Positions 9,035 to 16,409 of a DNA stretch of 41,561 nt are shown in pieces. The stretch is from NCBI GenBank assembly GCA_038078255.1, contig JBBUEH010000013.1, positions 1-41,561 on the forward strand. Direction: 5' to 3'. Numbering within the stretch: the first letter of the stretch is position 1; each line of letters begins with the position of its first letter. The position numbers and the translations under genes are program-made. The notes beneath the pieces were generated by a model, which saw only the letters and a list, made by a program, of their open reading frames with translations, made no database searches and was not told where the DNA came from. Source of the stretch: Patescibacteria group bacterium. GTDB lineage: Bacteria > Patescibacteriota > Minisyncoccia > Phycocordibacterales > UBA9973.

Positions 9035-10900
9035 ATGATGGATTTTTTAAAAAAATTATTTGGAGGAAAAAACGCCAAGCTTGGTGGAGGAAGTTCAAAT
9101 TCCAGCCTCTTGGGAACTTCCATTCTGCCCATTTTGCCGGATCAAATTTACGAGAACGCCTCCTTCGAGCTTCAAGATATCATTGCGCCCTCTGCGCTTA
9201 AAATTGAATCGAAGTCTATTAGCCTAGGCGACAAAATCGCTCGCACTTTTTTCATTATCTCTTACCCCAGATTCTTGACGGACAATTGGTTTTCTCCGAT
9301 TATCAATCTAGATAAAATTTTTGACATTTCAATTTTTATTCATCCAATAGATACATCGCTCATCTTGCGACAATTTCAGAAAAAGGTGGCGGAAGTGCAA
9401 AGCCAGATCAATGTGCGAGAAGCCAAGGGTATGGTCCGAGATCCAATGCTGGACACTGCTTACCGAGATTTAGAAGGGTTGCGGGATAATTTAATTCAGG
9501 CGCAAGAAAAAATGTTCGATGTGGGTATTTACATCACCATTTATGCCGATAATGATTTGGAACTTTTCAAATTGGAAAATGAAATAAAATCAATGCTGGA
9601 GTCAAAACTAATCTATATTAAACCAGCGCTTTTCCAGCAAGAAGATGGTTTCAAAAGCGTCATCCCGATCAATACGGACCGTCTAAACATTCACCAAAAA
9701 TTAAACTCCGAGCCACTTTCCAGCGTTTTCCCGTTTATTTCTTTCGATTTAACTTCCGACCGTGGAATACTTTATGGAATCAATCGACATAATTCAAGTC
9801 TGGTGATTTTCGACAGATTTTCGCTTGAAAATTATAATTCTGTCACCTTTGCCAAGGCCGGTTCGGGTAAATCGTATGCCACCAAACTAGAAATTTTAAG
9901 ATCTCTGATGTTCGACATTGATGTTCTCGTTATCGACCCAGAAAGAGAATATGAATTCTTGGCAGAAGCGGTCGGTGGAAGATATTTTAATATTTCTCTC
10001 TCGAGCGACCATCACATGAACCCCTTTGACTTGCCGATTCCCCGAGAAGACGAAACAGCGGAAGATGTTCTCAGGTCAAATATTATAAATTTAGTCGGAC
10101 TTTTCCGGTTGATGCTCGGAGGACTCACGCCCGAAGAAGATTCGATGGTGGACAGAGCTATTTCAGAAACTTATGCCATCAAAGACATTACCCCAGAGTC
10201 AGACTTTTCGAACATTGACCCTCCGCTCCTTTCGGATTTCGAAATGGTCTTGGGAGGCATGGATGGAAGTGATTCTGTCGTGCAGAGATTAGCAAAATAC
10301 ACGAAAGGTTCCTGGGCCACATTTTTAAACAGACCCAGCAATGTGGATATCAATAAAAAATTTGTTGTTTTTTCTATTCGAGACATGGAAGACGAGTTGA
10401 AACCAGTGGCGATGTATATCATCATGCACTACATCTGGAATTCAATCAGGAAAAATTTAAAGAAAAGGTTATTGGTAGTGGACGAAGCCTGGTGGATGAT
10501 GAAGTCGGAAGACACTGCCTCTTTCCTTTATTCTATTGCCAAGCGAGGCAGAAAATATTATTTGGGTCTTTCCACCATCACTCAGGATGCGGGAGACTTT
10601 ATGAATTCGCCTTATGGCATACCAATCATCACCAACTCTTCTATCCAGCTTTTACTAAAACAATCTCCGACCACGATTGATGTTCTGCAAAAGACTTTCA
10701 ATCTTTCTGACGAAGAAAAGTATCTTCTGCTCGAATCCAATGTGGGAGAAGGAATATTCTTTGCCGGATTAAAGCATGTGGCGATAAAAATAATTGCTTC
10801 TTACACCGAAGATCAAATCATCACCTCCGACCCTTCGCAAATATTATCAAACCGCAAAGCTAAAGAAGAACACGAAAAAGAAGAGCTGGGCAGACAGTAG
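9035..10900 (+). CDS. VirB4/TraE-type T4SS ATPase
   Basis: 621 aa. Walker A KAGSGKSY, Walker B LLVVDEAW. IIAPS..GDKIARTFFIISYP N-domain pattern. Confidence 0.85.
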   Translation: MMDFLKKLFGGKNAKLGGGSSNSSLLGTSILPILPDQIYENASFELQDIIAPSALKIESKSISLGDKIARTFFIISYPRFLTDNWFSPIINLDKIFDISIFIHPIDTSLILRQFQKKVAEVQSQINVREAKGMVRDPMLDTAYRDLEGLRDNLIQAQEKMFDVGIYITIYADNDLELFKLENEIKSMLESKLIYIKPALFQQEDGFKSVIPINTDRLNIHQKLNSEPLSSVFPFISFDLTSDRGILYGINRHNSSLVIFDRFSLENYNSVTFAKAGSGKSYATKLEILRSLMFDIDVLVIDPEREYEFLAEAVGGRYFNISLSSDHHMNPFDLPIPREDETAEDVLRSNIINLVGLFRLMLGGLTPEEDSMVDRAISETYAIKDITPESDFSNIDPPLLSDFEMVLGGMDGSDSVVQRLAKYTKGSWATFLNRPSNVDINKKFVVFSIRDMEDELKPVAMYIIMHYIWNSIRKNLKKRLLVVDEAWWMMKSEDTASFLYSIAKRGRKYYLGLSTITQDAGDFMNSPYGIPIITNSSIQLLLKQSPTTIDVLQKTFNLSDEEKYLLLESNVGEGIFFAGLKHVAIKIIASYTEDQIITSDPSQILSNRKAKEEHEKEELGRQ

Positions 10901-10918
10901 ATATGATATAATTAAAAT

Positions 10919-11938
10919 ATGAAGTTTAGACTTTTATCATTATATTTAGTTGTGATCCTTTCAGTCTTTGGAATAATTTTCTCGTTCAGTTTAAATAAAA
11001 TCAGGGCGGCTTCTTCGAGTAGTGTCTTGGTCAACATTGCGCCAGAAAATCCAGCCCCACATGAAGATGTCACTATTGATTTAAGTAGTTATGCTAATAA
11101 TTTAGACAGTGTTTCGATTCTTTGGTCTTTAAATGGCAGAAATGTTTTGTCTGGAATCGGTAAAAAGTCATTTTCTCTTACCGCCCCCGCCGCCGGAGAG
11201 GAAGCCATTATTACAGCCAATATTTCTTTCCCCGATGGTAATTTAGAAAAAAGAATAATCATCCGACCTTCCGTGATGGTGCTCCTCTCCCAGGCGACAG
11301 ATTCTTTCGTTCCACCATTCTATAGAGGGAAAGCTATGCCCACAGCAGACAGTGAAATTAAGATTGTTGCAATGCCAGAGATTAGCGCCTTAGGCTCTCC
11401 AGAGAGCCTAAGGCGCTCTTTGGTTGATCCAAAAAACATGACTTATGCCTGGAAGAAAGATTATACCAACAATCAAGAAGCGTCGGGTTATGGTAAAAAT
11501 TTTTTCATTTATACGAATGATTATTTAGAAGATTCAAATACTGTCTCAGTAGTAGCCTCGACAGTAGATCAGAAATATTCTTCTGAAGCAAACATTGAGG
11601 TGGGGGTAGCGGAGCCGAAAATTGTTTTCTATAAAAATGACAATGCGCTTGGAACAATTTGGGAAAGAGCTCTCTCTGATTCATATCGAATGGAAAATGC
11701 AGATATGATTGTGGAAGCGGCGCCTTATTTCATTTCACCTAAAGAATTACTGCATCCCTACCTGATCTGGACTTGGTCTATTAATGACACTGCCGTGCCT
11801 GTGCCAGACTTCAAGAAAAATTTCATGCCTCTGCGAATACAAAGCGGAACTTCTGGAACGGCCAAGCTCCGACTGGTTATCGAAAACATGGACAAAATTT
11901 TCCAAACGATGAGCAAAGAGGTGAATATAGAATTTTAA
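10919..11938 (+). CDS. Secreted/anchored hypothetical protein (beta-rich)
   Basis: 339 aa with N-terminal signal-anchor. No family recognised. Contains an in-frame 34-nt palindrome. Confidence 0.6.
   Translation: MKFRLLSLYLVVILSVFGIIFSFSLNKIRAASSSSVLVNIAPENPAPHEDVTIDLSSYANNLDSVSILWSLNGRNVLSGIGKKSFSLTAPAAGEEAIITANISFPDGNLEKRIIIRPSVMVLLSQATDSFVPPFYRGKAMPTADSEIKIVAMPEISALGSPESLRRSLVDPKNMTYAWKKDYTNNQEASGYGKNFFIYTNDYLEDSNTVSVVASTVDQKYSSEANIEVGVAEPKIVFYKNDNALGTIWERALSDSYRMENADMIVEAAPYFISPKELLHPYLIWTWSINDTAVPVPDFKKNFMPLRIQSGTSGTAKLRLVIENMDKIFQTMSKEVNIEF
11384..11417. repeat. 34-nt palindrome (16-bp perfect arms, 2-nt centre) in-frame inside a CDS
   Basis: agcgccttaggctctc ca gagagcctaaggcgct, checked base by base. 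Encodes ..SALGSPESLRR.. Confidence 0.9.
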
Positions 11939-11942
11939 AACA

Positions 11943-12944
11943 ATGAAATTTTCAAAATACATTTTAATACTGATTGTACTGGTTGGACTTTTTGGTTCAA
12001 TAAATAAAGCTTACGCAGAAACATATGATGAATGCATATTGGGATATACTAAACAGGGAATACCTCGTGAAACGGCAAATAATTTTTGTCGTTTACCAGA
12101 CGCTCCACCAGCAACTCCCCCGGGTAGTTACAAACTTCTGGCTCCACTACCCGATATAACAACTTTCGACCCTGCGCCGAAAACCGGCGAAGATAATGTT
12201 CTGGGTGGGTATTTAAACCTAATGATTGGGTTACTTATCGGCATAGCCGCAGTCATGGCGGTGGTGATGATTGTGGTGGGCGGGATAGAGTACATGACCA
12301 GTGAATTGCCGGGAAATAAAGAACATGGCAAAGAGAGGATCAGGGATGCGATTTTCGGACTAATTTTAGCCCTCGGCTCCTGGGCGCTTTTGAATACAAT
12401 CAATCCTGATTTATTAAATACAAATATTAAAATAGAAACAGCGACTGTAAGTGTGGAGATGGCGGAACAATTAAAAATCTATTCGGGACAAGGAACATGT
12501 GAACCTATAACTACTGGTGTATGTAGCCCTGCGGCATTACAAAATGCTGGATTCACATCGGGAGAACAAGCTTCTTCTATATGCAATGGAGAGAGCAAAG
12601 GTAATGCAGCTGCGCAAAGTACAGTAGATAAATGTAGTGACGGTAAAGCCTTTTCTCATGGACTATTTCAAATAAATGTGATTGCGCACGCTAATGAAAT
12701 TCCAGGAGGCGTTTGTAGTGGAGTATTTCAAGTAAATGGAAGTGGGACACAGGGAACTTGCTTAAAAAAAAGTGGTAGTATTTGTATAGAATATGATTGT
12801 AGTGTTAAAGACCAAGCAAAATATCAATCTTGTATTGGTTATATTACAAATCCAACCAACAACATAACATACGCAAAAAATTTAAAAGCAGCTAGAAGCT
12901 GGACACAATGGGGTGCCTATAATTCATGTAGGAGTAAATTTTAA
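11943..12944 (+). CDS. T4SS pilin-like TM-hairpin protein fused to a Cys-rich SLT (VirB1-like lytic transglycosylase) domain
   Basis: Signal peptide, then LLIGIAAVMAVVMIVVGGIEYMTS...AIFGLILALGSWALLNTINP (pilin-like hairpin). The C-terminal domain carries the SLT motifs E-S (NGESKG), GLFQIN and AYN (WGAYNS). Confidence 0.65.
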   Translation: MKFSKYILILIVLVGLFGSINKAYAETYDECILGYTKQGIPRETANNFCRLPDAPPATPPGSYKLLAPLPDITTFDPAPKTGEDNVLGGYLNLMIGLLIGIAAVMAVVMIVVGGIEYMTSELPGNKEHGKERIRDAIFGLILALGSWALLNTINPDLLNTNIKIETATVSVEMAEQLKIYSGQGTCEPITTGVCSPAALQNAGFTSGEQASSICNGESKGNAAAQSTVDKCSDGKAFSHGLFQINVIAHANEIPGGVCSGVFQVNGSGTQGTCLKKSGSICIEYDCSVKDQAKYQSCIGYITNPTNNITYAKNLKAARSWTQWGAYNSCRSKF

Positions 12945-12949
12945 TTTTT

Positions 12950-14320
12950 ATGCAAAAAAGAAATTTTATACTTTTAATAATCGTCTTAGTTCTGGTAGTT
13001 ATTGGAGTTTTTGTGTTTTTATATTTCCAAAATGGAACAGAGGAAGAAAGTGAAGGCACAAATTTTATCGCCCGATTCAATCCCTTTGCCAGCAATAAGG
13101 GAACTCCTTCAGCCGGGAATCCACCTGTCGATGTATCCGGCTACGAACCCGGTCCGGAAGAAACAGAAAAGTTAAAATTAGTAAAAGTTTCCAGCATGCC
13201 CATTGCCGGATATACAATTTTTATCAAAGAAAGATTAAAAGAAATATCCTTGATTCCTCCCCTCCTTATGGAGGAGGGGGTTGGGGGTGGTGATAATTCT
13301 ACACCACCTCGCCCTTCGGGCACTCCTCCTCAGAAAGGAGGAGATAAAAAAAAGCCCACTCCGCCTCCCACAGAATTTATGCCCGCCTTACGCTATGTGG
13401 CAAAAGCGAACGGAAATATTTATCAATCATTTGTCGACAAAATAGAAGAGAGAAAGTTTTCAGGAACAATTATCCCGAAAGTATATGACGCATATTTCGG
13501 CAACAAAGGTGAGTCTGTGGTCATGCGCTATTTGAAAGGGGGAGGAGAAACAATAGAAACTTTCGTCGGCTCGTTGCCGAAAGAATACTTGGGTGGCGAT
13601 CTGGCTGAAGAAAACGAAATAAAAGGATCCTTCTTGCCGAACAATATCAAAGACCTTAGTGTCTCTCCAGACGGTTCAAAAATATTTTATTTATTTGAGA
13701 TTGGAAACAATATAGTAGGAACAACTTTAAACTTCTTAGATAACAAAAAAGTTCAAGTTTTTGATTCCCCTTTCACTGAATGGCTTTCGCAATGGGGGAA
13801 TGAAAAAACAATCCTCCTTTCGACTAAACCTTCTGGGAATGCCCCCGGCTATACATACAGTCTCGATCTAATCAAAAAGAATCTGCTGAAAGTCTTGGGT
13901 GAGATAAATGGGCTCACCACGCTTCTGAGTCCGGATGGAAAATTTATTATTTATACTGACAACAGCTTATTGCTTTCTGTCTTTTATGCAGACAGTCGGA
14001 ATTCAAACAGCTTGGGGATAGGAACTTTGCCAGAAAAATGTCTTTGGAATAAGACAAGCGAGGCTGTTTACTGCGCTGTGCCAAAATTTATTAATGCTGG
14101 CCTATATCCAGATATTTGGTATCAGGGAGAAGTGTCTTTCTCTGACCAGTTCTGGAAAATAGATATCCAAACTGGAAATGCTACCCTCCTCCTAGACCCT
14201 CTGACCGTTCCCGGTGGAGAAGAAATTGATGGAATAAAATTAGCCTTAGATAAAGACGAGGATTACTTATTTTTTGTAAATAAAAAAGATTCTTTTCTGT
14301 GGAAATTGGATTTGAAGTAG
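12950..14320 (+). CDS. Membrane-anchored protein with Pro-rich linker and PD40/TolB-like beta-propeller repeats
   Basis: N-terminal TM helix. SPDGSKIFY and SPDGKFIIY blade motifs. Carries the 92-nt repeat element in its linker. Confidence 0.6.
   Translation: MQKRNFILLIIVLVLVVIGVFVFLYFQNGTEEESEGTNFIARFNPFASNKGTPSAGNPPVDVSGYEPGPEETEKLKLVKVSSMPIAGYTIFIKERLKEISLIPPLLMEEGVGGGDNSTPPRPSGTPPQKGGDKKKPTPPPTEFMPALRYVAKANGNIYQSFVDKIEERKFSGTIIPKVYDAYFGNKGESVVMRYLKGGGETIETFVGSLPKEYLGGDLAEENEIKGSFLPNNIKDLSVSPDGSKIFYLFEIGNNIVGTTLNFLDNKKVQVFDSPFTEWLSQWGNEKTILLSTKPSGNAPGYTYSLDLIKKNLLKVLGEINGLTTLLSPDGKFIIYTDNSLLLSVFYADSRNSNSLGIGTLPEKCLWNKTSEAVYCAVPKFINAGLYPDIWYQGEVSFSDQFWKIDIQTGNATLLLDPLTVPGGEEIDGIKLALDKDEDYLFFVNKKDSFLWKLDLK
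13253..13344 (+). repeat. Multi-hairpin repeat element, copy A (in-frame inside a CDS)
   Basis: About 85-90% alignable by eye to the reverse complement of 23568-23672. Hairpins: cctcc-ttat-ggagg, ggtggtg-N9-caccacc, gccc-ttc-gggc, ctcctcc-N7-ggaggag. Confidence 0.8.
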
Positions 14321-14321
14321 C

Positions 14322-14365
14322 AACTTGGAGGTTCTTCCTCCACTTGGAGGAAGAACCTCCAAGTT
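14322..14365. terminator. Bidirectional palindromic terminator (20-bp perfect arms, 4-nt loop) between convergent genes
   Basis: aacttggaggttcttcctcc actt ggaggaagaacctccaagtt. Overlaps the jag stop codon by 2 nt. Its 5' 25 nt recur at 18983-19007. Confidence 0.75.
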
Positions 14366-14861
14366 AAATACCAATATACTTGATCACTACCCGCCGACTC
14401 GATCCAAAACCAACAGATTCAGTCTGAAGATCGGTAGAATCAGATAAAAATTCATGCACCACTCGGCGCTCGAAGGCAGACATCGGATCGACTTCTATGT
14501 TTGATTTGAAATACCTCGCTCGCTCAGACATCATATGGGCTACCGCTCGAATGTTTTCTACTCTTTTTTTCTGAAAACCATTAATGTCAATCAAGAAAGA
14601 TCCTGCTTCGCCCCCAATGACGGTCTTAGGGGAATCCCCTAAGACCGTCATTGGGGTTTTCCCCTCAACTATCCTTCGCACCAGGTGGTTCAAAGCATAA
14701 AGCGCCTCACCGTCTTGCGAAATAAAAAAATGTGGTTCGTTCACTTCAATAGAGTACCAAGTATTCCCCCCATTTTCTTCTGAAATGGTGATTTTTTCTA
14801 ACGATACTCCTGTCTTCGCAATTAATTCCTGGATTAAATTTTGTATTTGTTCTTTGTCCAT
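14364..14861 (-). CDS. jag: Jag/KhpB-like RNA-binding protein (KH + R3H)
   Basis: 165 aa. R3H-type ERRVVHEFL...SxG..P.RRVVI end. Conserved position downstream of yidC. Confidence 0.8.
   Translation of the reverse strand: MDKEQIQNLIQELIAKTGVSLEKITISEENGGNTWYSIEVNEPHFFISQDGEALYALNHLVRRIVEGKTPMTVLGDSPKTVIGGEAGSFLIDINGFQKKRVENIRAVAHMMSERARYFKSNIEVDPMSAFERRVVHEFLSDSTDLQTESVGFGSSRRVVIKYIGI
14612..14656. repeat. 45-nt perfect palindrome (22-bp arms, 1-nt centre) in-frame inside jag
   Basis: ccccaatgacggtcttagggga a tcccctaagaccgtcattgggg, every pair checked. Encodes ..PMTVLGDSPKTVIGG.. Confidence 0.95.
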
Positions 14862-14863
14862 AT

Positions 14864-15622
14864 CTATTTTCCGGTAATTAAAATTTTTACTTCTTCATCT
14901 AATACTTTTTTTTCTGTTTTACTCACATAAATCTGCTGACCCACAGTAAAGATATTACTCGTAATCCAATATAACGCAATTGCTCCAGAAATACTGTAAG
15001 CAATCCAAGTAACCACAAATGGGAAAATATATTTCATTTGCATATTCATACTTTTACTAAAACTTTCAGCAAAGGTGCCCGTCTTGGCGCCTGGAACACC
15101 AGAAACTGGTGGCTGAGGCATAAAGTGCGCTTGTAAATATTGAGATACCCCAGCCAAAACTGCCAAAATTAAACTTTTCTGACTCATATCCAGAATTCCT
15201 AAAAACATCATATTTAATTTTTCTGGAATGTGAATAAAAGAATAGAGCAACCCATTTTCAAAATTTATTCCCTTAAAGAAAACATAATAAAGAGCAAAAA
15301 TTATGGGAATTTGAATTAAAACCAAAAGACACCCGGAAAAAGGATTGGTTTTGTGTGTTTTATAAAGTTCAAAGGTAAGCTTGGCTTGTTCTTCTTTACT
15401 GACACCACTTTTTTTAATTTTTTCAAGCTCTGGAGCCAGCAGAGCCATGGCGGCCTGACTTTTGATGGACTTTTGAGAAAGAGGGAAGAGAATAATTTTG
15501 ACCAGAATAGTCAGAATAATCACTGCAAGACCAACATCTCCCCCAGGGATAACAGAAACTAAAAAAGCCAAGGCGTTGAGTAATGGCTTATATAAAAGTG
15601 TATTCCAAATAAATGAGAACAT
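14864..15622 (-). CDS. yidC: Membrane protein insertase YidC (short form)
   Basis: 252 aa, multi-TM. Conserved rnpA-yidD-yidC-jag order. Confidence 0.85.
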   Translation of the reverse strand: MFSFIWNTLLYKPLLNALAFLVSVIPGGDVGLAVIILTILVKIILFPLSQKSIKSQAAMALLAPELEKIKKSGVSKEEQAKLTFELYKTHKTNPFSGCLLVLIQIPIIFALYYVFFKGINFENGLLYSFIHIPEKLNMMFLGILDMSQKSLILAVLAGVSQYLQAHFMPQPPVSGVPGAKTGTFAESFSKSMNMQMKYIFPFVVTWIAYSISGAIALYWITSNIFTVGQQIYVSKTEKKVLDEEVKILITGK

Positions 15623-15667
15623 TCTCCCATCTTACCCCGAATTAAAGTTTTTAGCAAAAAGAATTAT

Positions 15668-15877
15668 TTAATTTAATGGATCAATGTGATTTTTCTGCCA
15701 CGGATGACAACGCAAAATACGAAAAAATCCTAAATAAATTCCTCGAGGGATGCCATATCTTTCTATTGCTTCTTTCATGTACTCCGAGCAAGATGGAAAA
15801 AAGACACATTTATTCCTAGGAGATAAAAATTTTTGGTAAAAACTAATTAATTTTATTGAGAATATTTTTAATTTCAT
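15668..15877 (-). CDS. yidD: Membrane protein insertion efficiency factor YidD
   Basis: The internal ATG at 15877 gives [20 protein letters not shown]...[19 protein letters not shown], the typical YidD sequence. The longer ORF start (15973) would overlap rnpA by 131 nt. Confidence 0.8.
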   Translation of the reverse strand: MKLKIFSIKLISFYQKFLSPRNKCVFFPSCSEYMKEAIERYGIPRGIYLGFFRILRCHPWQKNHIDPLN

Positions 15878-16169
15878 TTTCGATGATAGAAATATCGTCT
15901 TGATACTTCCTAAAAACAAAAGCGCCCACAAGCCCCGAAGGAAATTTCTGAATATATTTTCCCAAAACAGCATACCCCCGTCTTCTTAATAAATTTCTTT
16001 GCACCGCCAGCTTAGCGACACTTTTGGGCGCAATAAAAGAAATCTGTGGAACGGTGGAATTATTATTTAATATAAATTTAAAGGTGAGGCTGAAGGAAGT
16101 TAAAAATTTACCTGTTTTAAAGATTTTTTCTACTGCCTTTTTATCGGCTCTGTTTTTTTTAGGAAGCAT
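15843..16169 (-). CDS. rnpA: RNase P protein component
   Basis: 108 aa. Basic RNR-like motif [10 protein letters not shown]. Lies downstream of rpmH. Confidence 0.85.
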   Translation of the reverse strand: MLPKKNRADKKAVEKIFKTGKFLTSFSLTFKFILNNNSTVPQISFIAPKSVAKLAVQRNLLRRRGYAVLGKYIQKFPSGLVGAFVFRKYQDDISIIENEIKNILNKIN

Positions 16170-16180
16170 CTTAAACCAAA

Positions 16181-16315
16181 TTAAACACTGAGTTTTTTTC
16201 TACCTTTCTGTCGTCTGCGCAATAACACTTTGGAACCAGTTTTAGTTCTGGATCTAACTAGGAACCCATGTGCTCGGGCTCGTTTTCTCTTTTTGGGTTG
16301 ATATGTTTGAGACAT
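16181..16315 (-). CDS. rpmH: 50S ribosomal protein L34
   Basis: Not in the ORF track (44 aa). Hand translation gives [44 protein letters not shown], the L34 signature. Confidence 0.9.
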   Translation of the reverse strand: MSQTYQPKKRKRARAHGFLVRSRTKTGSKVLLRRRQKGRKKLSV

Positions 16316-16321
16316 GGGATT

Positions 16322-16350
16322 AGTATATAATATTATCCACAGATTATCAA
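16322..16350 (-). promoter_or_regulatory. Putative rpmH promoter (TTGATA-17-TATACT) with a DnaA box in the spacer
   Basis: Minus strand reads TTGATAatctgtggataatattaTATACTaatcccATG. The -10 ends 6 nt before the ATG, which suggests a leaderless mRNA. Confidence 0.45.
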
Positions 16351-16352
16351 CA
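16333..16352 (+). promoter_or_regulatory. DnaA box TTATCCACA (perfect) followed by TTATCAACA variant; oriC-associated
   Basis: TTATCCACA at 16333-16341 and TTATCAACA at 16344-16352, in the rpmH-dnaA intergenic region. Confidence 0.7.
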
Positions 16353-16409
16353 TAGTTAGTAAGTTTTTACAATACCCCTAGTGCTAGAAATAGTATAGAA
16401 TGTGGAATC

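Noticed and set aside
9077-9120. Partial similarity of gcttggtggaggaagttc...gaacttcc at the VirB4 5' end to the cttggagg terminator palindrome.
   Set aside because: The match is short and interrupted (8-bp arms, 17-nt spacer), which is not enough to call it another copy.
15878-15973. N-terminal extension of the yidD ORF (track start 15973).
   Set aside because: It would overlap rnpA by 131 nt and adds non-conserved hydrophobic sequence. The internal ATG at 15877 gives the canonical YidD N-terminus.
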